A DNA stretch of 64,000 nt from Phoronis australis (lineage: Eukaryota > Animalia > Phoronida). The DNA is taken from positions 62,001 to 126,000 of the forward strand of contig NMRA01000767.1 in NCBI GenBank assembly GCA_002633005.1, in the 5' to 3' direction. The translations under genes were made by a program, and so were the position numbers. Position 1 is the first letter of the stretch, and each line of letters starts with the position of its first letter. Under the pieces are notes generated by a model, which made no database searches, was not told the origin of the DNA, and worked only from the letters and a program-made list of their open reading frames with translations. Below, piece after piece: positions 14,962 to 64,000 of this stretch.

Positions 14962-16914
14962 CTATAGATATCTTTCTTCTTAGTTTAGTAATGGCCTAGG
15001 TAATACATCGCCTTAACTTAGGCATGAAGCCTGAGGGACAATGACCTCATAATTGGAATGCTCAGCTGATTTACTTGCATGTGATTAACAACATCAAGTA
15101 TACTGTCAATATGTCAGGAAACCACTACCTTTGATTAAAATTTGTTTATAAATACACTGGGAAAAGTAGGATTATCTCCCCTTGAGTACTTTGTCATTAA
15201 TATGCAAATTATGCAAGTCATATGTGTTGTGTAGGTAGTAACGCAATAATTTGGTATAACACATCTATTGCTTGTTGAAGAGATGATAACTATATATAAT
15301 ATGGAAATACTAGTAAATAGGTCTATACACTAGGGAGTCCTTTGTCACACTGACTATACGTAGAGTCTAAGTGAGTCATCTCTGAGACTGGTGGCTTCAA
15401 TGTTCGTGGTTGGCTCAACTTTGCATTTGCATGTTACCATGACTATTGTGACGTGCCGCGGCAATTGTCCCACTCCAATAGAAGGTACGGGGGCAGGGGG
15501 GGGGGGGAGAACGGGGGGGAAGGGGGGTGGTTGTTATGCCAACCACACACCGTTAGAAGGTATCAGGTGCCTCTTCGAAAACCTTTTGCATATGGCGAGC
15601 ATTCTAGAGCTGACCGTCTGAAAGGTGATACGTCCAGTTGCCAATGCATGACAACTTTTAGAGGTGTTGAGTATGGTGACGATCCTTTGGAGTATGCGGT
15701 TTCTTCACGCGGATAGAATCGCCAGTTTTGTAGGATCCTCTGATAGAATTGTAAGTTTAAAGGTTCGAAGAATATTAAAAAGGCCAAACTTCATTGATAA
15801 ATAGAATTTACTGGCCTTTCTGGTTTTCAGAATGTTTCCCTGAGTGCCTCAAATTTATCGCAAGGTCCTGGTGATAATTATCGCAAGGTCCTGGTGATAA
15901 TTATGGGTGGGCAAGTTGTGCAACTGAGAACTACCAACATTGCCTCCTACAGGGTTGATGGAACAACTTGCAGGCCTGTTATGTGCTTAGGAAGTTCAAA
16001 GTTTGAAATGTCCCATGTAAGGGAATTAGAACTAATGAAAGTCTTCTGAAATTAAATTGAGATTAGCTGGACCTCAAGTAACCTGTCTATGTGATGTTTG
16101 ATTATAACTTGGGCATTAAAGAGAAAATGACTCTTGACAGACGCATGCCTCTATTTGGAAAATTTCATCTACTACAAAACTATAAATCGGCAAGCCTATG
16201 TATTGTGGAGGTGTTGCCAGCTTGTAAACATCATCAGACATTCCTGAAAACTTAGATAGGCAGGCAAGTGTGATGACGCGCATGGCATCGCTTATAGTGC
16301 ATGATGATATCTCATGCAGTAATGTCTTGTTTTCACAAACTTCTTGGGTCTATGGAGTGCAAATCTGACGTTTAAGGTGATTAGGTTTAACTTCAGAATC
16401 CTCAGATAACCTGTGCCTTAAGAATCATGGCAAAAGATTTTGTTTATGTATTCACTTGAACTCAATCTAATGTTTTGTTTTTGTATGATGATTGTTAAGT
16501 CATGCTTGTGTCTAAAACATGTTGTAGTGGACCCATACCTTGCTTTTAGTTTTGCTGAACTCAGTAGTTGAAAGCTGTTTTGCACCTAATTGTTTACTAG
16601 TCACTAAGATTTCTGTGATGTCACCGCATATTTATGAGCCAAACAACCATCTCATAATGCATTTGTCAAATGGCAGCAGCACAGTAGAGATGAAGTACTC
16701 GAATTCATGAAGTTCTCTTGGCCCATTTGAAATAAAGTCTTGTTTTTTCGCGCTATATGAAAATCTACGTACAAACTATTTTTAAATTTGTTTCCTGTTT
16801 ACTCTAAGAATGTTGCCATCTTTAACGATTATTAACTTTCGCAGTCACTTAACTAATCCTGGTTACTGCATATTACCAGTTCAATAAAGTCTGTCTACAG
16901 CATACCTACTGGCG

Positions 16915-17245
16915 TTTTTTTTTTTTTTTTTTTTTTNGTATTTTTATTTTCTCTAGCATGGGTATTTACAATTTACATGACACAATAAACAATACAGTAT
17001 ACAAGTACATTAGTTGCAACAAATTATCATCAAGTATTACAATTTGGTATACAGAACAGAAATACAGATATGTAAGAAAAAAAAATCAAGCCATTCTCAC
17101 CCTTAACATACACACGCACCCGCCCTCCCGGGAGGGCGGGGCGTTTTGGTTTTTATTGCTATGTCAAAAGAACAATATTCAGCTTTTCGATGTTTTAATG
17201 TAATAGTTCATTTGTTTTACAAAAAAAGCATTCAAGCTTGGTACA
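16915..17245 (-). mobile_element. Probable 3' end of a LINE (poly-A tail, 3' UTR)
   Basis: Long poly-T on the + strand; the - strand reads VPSLNAFFVKQMNYYIKTSK, resembling L1/Tx1 ORF2 C-termini; perfect GC palindrome near 17121-17138. Confidence 0.45.
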
Positions 17246-18007
17246 ATAAAGCTTGAAGTCGCTTTCACGTTAGTAGCGAAACTTTGTTGTTACCGAAGTT
17301 TCAGTGAGTGGGAAAGGTTAACTCCGGTAGTTGATCTGCATGCAAAACTTCGCTGAAAATAGTATGATTTAAAAGCGAAACTTTTGTACTCAATAAAACT
17401 TCAGTGTAGTGGGAACAATCGGAGGGAAGCTTTGCCGAAGTTATTAGTAGAGGGGTAGAGTTTGCAGCGATGATATGCGATCATGTCTCACAAAATGTGT
17501 TCTTTGTTACAGCATAGTCAACATGCTCTCAATTGACGCTCATAAATAAATAAAAGAAAGCATATTCATTTTCACAACACTCGTAAAAGGCAGGAGAACA
17601 ATTTTCAGTTAGCCTCGAACCCACTACTTTTCGTTTGAGATTAAAGTCCTTGTTGCAAACTGCCCATGTGGTTCTAGTATCTGAAAATACTTACTACATA
17701 AAATCTTATTTTCGACTCCCTTTCTTTACATTCTTTTCGCCTTTCTTGCCAGAAGCGATTTTTCAACCGTATTTGACCCTTTTCTCTGAGCGTATGATTA
17801 CCGGTTGTCATCGGTTATTTCCGTACCCACATTTCCGGCTCATCAGTTCAGGAACTTGTCCTGAACGCCGCCATTTTTTCCTTGTAACTGAATGTGCTAT
17901 GGCTTGCTCGAAAAGTCTTCATTATATTGTTTTATTAGTAATATATCGTGATTCGTTTGCATATGCAGTGTATTTATAGTTTGTAGTTTGTGGTCGTTGA
18001 TTTTTTT

Positions 18008-18691
18008 NNNNNNNNNNNNNNNNNNNNNNNNNNNNNNNNNNNNNNNNNNNNNNNNNNNNNNNNNNNNNNNNNNNNNNNNNNNNNNNNNNNNNNNNNNNNN
18101 NNNNNNNNNNNNNNNNNNNNNNNNNNNNNNNNNNNNNNNNNNNNNNNNNNNNNNNNNNNNNNNNNNNNNNNNNNNNNNNNNNNNNNNNNNNNNNNNNNNN
18201 NNNNNNNNNNNNNNNNNNNNNNNNNNNNNNNNNNNNNNNNNNNNNNNNNNNNNNNNNNNNNNNNNNNNNNNNNNNNNNNNNNNNNNNNNNNNNNNNNNNN
18301 NNNNNNNNNNNNNNNNNNNNNNNNNNNNNNNNNNNNNNNNNNNNNNNNNNNNNNNNNNNNNNNNNNNNNNNNNNNNNNNNNNNNNNNNNNNNNNNNNNNN
18401 NNNNNNNNNNNNNNNNNNNNNNNNNNNNNNNNNNNNNNNNNNNNNNNNNNNNNNNNNNNNNNNNNNNNNNNNNNNNNNNNNNNNNNNNNNNNNNNNNNNN
18501 NNNNNNNNNNNNNNNNNNNNNNNNNNNNNNNNNNNNNNNNNNNNNNNNNNNNNNNNNNNNNNNNNNNNNNNNNNNNNNNNNNNNNNNNNNNNNNNNNNNN
18601 NNNNNNNNNNNNNNNNNNNNNNNNNNNNNNNNNNNNNNNNNNNNNNNNNNNNNNNNNNNNNNNNNNNNNNNNNNNNNNNNNNNNNNNNNNN
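18008..18691. other. Assembly gap
   Basis: Run of N. Confidence 1.
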
Positions 18692-18938
18692 TTGTACTTC
18701 CGGGTTCGCGGCAAGTTCAAAATGGCGGTGTTTCTTCGGGTGTGATTCGTGAGTGGCGCGTTCATTTAAACTGTTTTCGAGTACAGATCGTGTATTAGTT
18801 ATGGGGTAGGTACTTCTTGGATCCTTATAACATCTTCTAACCATGTAATAAGGGTTAACAACGCGTGAGACAAGGACTTTAAGAATGAACTGTGGTGTTT
18901 TAGAGATAACTTCTATATAGCTGTCTAGTTACTCTTTT

Positions 18939-19368
18939 ATGTATGGTACATTTGGTAGATTGTCATTGTTACCCTTTTATGTATGGTACGTTTGGTAGAT
19001 TGCCATCATTACCCTTTAATGTGTGGTACATTTGGTAGAGTGTATGGTACATTTGGTAGAGTGTATGGTACATTTGGTAGATTGCCATCGTTATCTTTTA
19101 ATGTATGGTACATTTGGAAGATTGCTATCATTACCCTTAAATGTATGGTACATTTGGTAGAATTGCCATTGTTACCCTTAAATGTATGGTACATTTGGTA
19201 GATTGCCATCGTTACCCTTTAATGTATGGTACATTTGGTAGATTGCCATCGCTACCTAAGTGTATGGTACATTTGGTAGATTGCCATTGTTACCCGTAAA
19301 TGTATGGTACATGTGGTAGATTGTTATCGTTACCCTTAAATGTATGGTACATTTGGTAGATTGCCATC
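18939..19368. repeat. Minisatellite, about 40 bp unit (ATGTATGGTACATTTGGTAGATTGCCATCGTTACCCTT..)
   Basis: About 10 copies plus 21-bp subunits. Confidence 0.92.
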
Positions 19369-20954
19369 TGAATCATTTGAAGTGCTAATGATCCATGTTA
19401 CTGTAGTTGTCTGTTTACCCAACAGATCAGCCATAGCTCTAATGTAAACCTTTAAACTTGATTTTAAAGTAGGAATTTACCAAACCATCAAACACTTGTT
19501 TGCTATTATGTAAACATATAGGCTGTAAGGCCAGTGGGTCTACTTTTCCCTTAACAAATACTGCAATTTGTAAGCCTTTTAAGTGGATATTTGAGCAACA
19601 TGAACGCATGTCAAATGTTACCATGGCAATTTACACTGACTTTAAATTTTCAGTCAGCAGCCAGGAGTTGCTAAAAAACGTCATCTTCGTCATGTTGCGA
19701 GGTTTGTTGGCAAGATGCCTGTAATGCCTCTTGAAAGCAAAACGTACTGGCTTGAATTATATTCCCAGGCTTTTGTTGAAGTCATTAAACGACACAAATT
19801 TCACAGTGAAGTGATCAGTGATATAGGTACACTGAGTTGTAGAGTGTGTTTCCATGACGATCTACCATGTTGACAATTCTGTGCTTCAGTGGCTAGGACA
19901 ACTGCTCCTCACAAGGTGCCTGGTTGTTATCACGTGTATCTACGTCTTCGTCCACCTGCTTTAGATTTGTTTAGCCAGCAAATTTCCTACACATTCCAAA
20001 AATGTCCAAAACTGCTGTCAACCAAATAGTTTTTTGCAATTCTGATTTGTTTGAGGGGAGGCGATTTCTCAGACGCTACCCAGCATTGCCCAAATGCAAG
20101 GAGGCTGCCATCTTGAAGAAGAGTGCAGGTACAGCCGAGGAAGTCATCTTTTCTCATTCCCAACATGTTCACAAATACAGACTCACTGATCCTACGTGTA
20201 ACACCTACAGCACCTCTAAACTACCCAAAACCTGGCCTACCCCTGGAATTGAACTCTTTGGGGAGCGCAAATTAGCCATGACTGTTGCCTAACTGTACGG
20301 TAGCACCTCGCTATAAATGTCCAATAACTGGCGAAAATGATTTTGTAATTTCAACAAAAATGTTATCTACTGTTAGTTGAGTAAGTTGAAATAGTGGGGA
20401 AGCCAATGCATGGTAATAAAGGCGGTCTTGTGATTATGGATTGTTTTTGCGTGCATTTGCATGGCAATCATTGGTAATTGACTGACTGTCATTAGGACGA
20501 GTATTCAGCAACAGAAAATTGATGGACTTGATTTTTATTTCGATTTTACATTTGCGATTATTTGATTGTATAAATGCTAGCATTCAGCAATATCTTCATT
20601 GATTTAATATTAAGGTTTTGCATTCTGCAAACCACTTCATTTGTAAATTGAATTGTGGTTAATCTTAATCAATAGATTTGTCAGCTATGACAAAGTGAAT
20701 TGCTGTACGATTTTTACCCTTTAAGAGTGAATATTCTCCTTTTACCAAGACCTGAAATATTCCTCATGCAACTTGAACTATCTTGGGACATAGTGTTTGT
20801 AAATTTCACGTGCTGTAATTGGTCACTTTTCAGTCTTGAACAAAAGTTGACGGTCTAGGGGTCCAGAAACTGGCTTATCACTTTTTAAAATATGTTATTT
20901 CATAATTTATTTGATAATTATGTCAGACCTTTGAAGAGTCTTCCATGTGTTATA

Positions 20955-21447
20955 CAGGGCTTGGAATTTTCCGTGGAAAGGCGGATTTCCGCTTTTTTCA
21001 AATGTTCTGTCCGCGCATTTTATTATATTTCCGCGTAAAAAAATCGGATTTGATATAAAGTTTCCGCGGCAAATTCCTTTCTTACCGCACGTTGCAGACG
21101 ACGTTCACCTCGAAAAGCGGAAGTTGCTCTTTATGTTTCGGAGGAACGTAAATTGTCAACATTGCCGCGGCATCTGGGATAGCGTGGTGGGATTTTCAAT
21201 GGCGTCTCGTGTTATTGTAAACCGCAGCGACAAATACTACGGCTCTACAGCCAAAAATGTGTGGGTTGGGAGTGGACGGACGAGCTAAAAGGACGCAGAC
21301 GCATGCTACTGATGGTGGTAACGTGTTTTTAGTCCTCCCGATTTTTGTCGGGGAAAGGTTCACATCGACCATTTCAAGGCTGGGTAGCGCGCATGATTTG
21401 GGCCATAAAAGTTTCCGCGTTTTTTTCATTGGTCATTCCAAGCCCTG
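20955..21447. mobile_element. Non-autonomous TIR transposon (hAT-like MITE), copy 1
   Basis: TIR CAGGGCTTGGAA...TTCCAAGCCCTG; 6-bp TSD GTTATA; closely similar to 36698-37234. Confidence 0.9.
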
Positions 21448-21470
21448 GTTATAGCTTGTCTTTCCAAAAC

Positions 21471-21489
21471 TTCCTTAACTGATGCGCAC
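21471..21489 (+). promoter_or_regulatory. U12 branch point and probable AC acceptor
   Basis: TTCCTTAAC at 21471-21479, no polypyrimidine tract after it, AC at 21488-21489. Confidence 0.85.
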
Positions 21490-63513
<42,024 letters not shown>

Positions 63514-63529
<16 letters not shown>

Positions 63530-63599
63530 GTATGGCTTATCAGTGAAGTGGGTGGGGCTGGACAAGAACCAGGTATGGCTTATCAGTGAAGTGGGTGGG
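63514..63599 (+). repeat. 43-bp perfect tandem duplication of an exon end and donor
   Basis: GCTGGACAAGAACCAG|GTATGGCTTATCAGTGAAGTGGGTGGG twice. Confidence 0.95.
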
Positions 63600-64000
63600 G
63601 CATTGAGTAAGTGGGAGTGGTTCTTGAGGTTTTGGGCGGGGTTTGGTGGTATTTTCATTGAGTGATGTGTACCTTGAGTTGTTTTCAGTAGGTCTTTTAC
63701 TGGCGAGGTTTTTTGTGTTTTTTAAAGAAATTTTGGTTGGTTACGTACCTTTACAATTGACGTAATGGCCCCAAACTGTCCATTGTTGAGGTTTAATTGA
63801 TTTAAATTCAAATTATTTTGGTGCCAAGCTTGAAATGTCAAATGTGTGTCGGATGTATGTGAGGAACTGTGGGATATGAATTTCAACCAAAATCCTTCAT
63901 TTACTGTCGGTAGTGTTTTTTTACTTTCTTGAATAGTCTACCTTGCAAATACGTAAGATGTAATTTTAGAATGAAATAAAACAATGTATGTGCAACTTAC

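Noticed and set aside
17897-18844. Long ORFs in the track (also 45166-45429)
   Set aside because: They only span N gaps.
20002-20292. 96-aa ORF or a possible extra exon before IS1 (also a small AG...ATG|GT block near 7274-7303)
   Set aside because: No similarity to the Cav1 N-terminus, and U2 sites would not pair with the AC acceptor.
20947-21454. ORFs in the MITE copies (also 36747-37250) as transposase
   Set aside because: No DDE or zinc-finger motifs, and the frames are not conserved between the two copies.

Overview
AT-rich, intron-rich eukaryotic DNA, most consistent with an invertebrate animal; it is not prokaryotic. The window holds the middle of an L-type voltage-gated calcium channel alpha-1 gene (Cav1; CACNA1C/D, Ca-alpha1D, egl-19 family) on the + strand. 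I could phase 25 exons by hand into one open frame, from IS1 (21490) to the start of the III-IV linker (63529). The N-terminal exons and domain IV are not visible. Two introns are U12-type (a probable AT-AC intron ending at 21489 and a GT-AG intron at 38936-39592). An intact two-exon gene (signal peptide + coiled coil + Caspr/neurexin-IV-type fibrinogen-like domain, 426 aa) is nested on the same strand in a II-III linker intron. There is also a candidate 21-nt in-frame microexon in the IIIS3-S4 loop. Many exon edges are tandemly duplicated into the neighbouring intron, giving arrays of repeated splice sites. The introns carry MITEs, SINE and LINE fragments and minisatellites. Two N gaps and two duplications joined at a single N are probably assembly features. 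All calls were made by eye; no database search was run.
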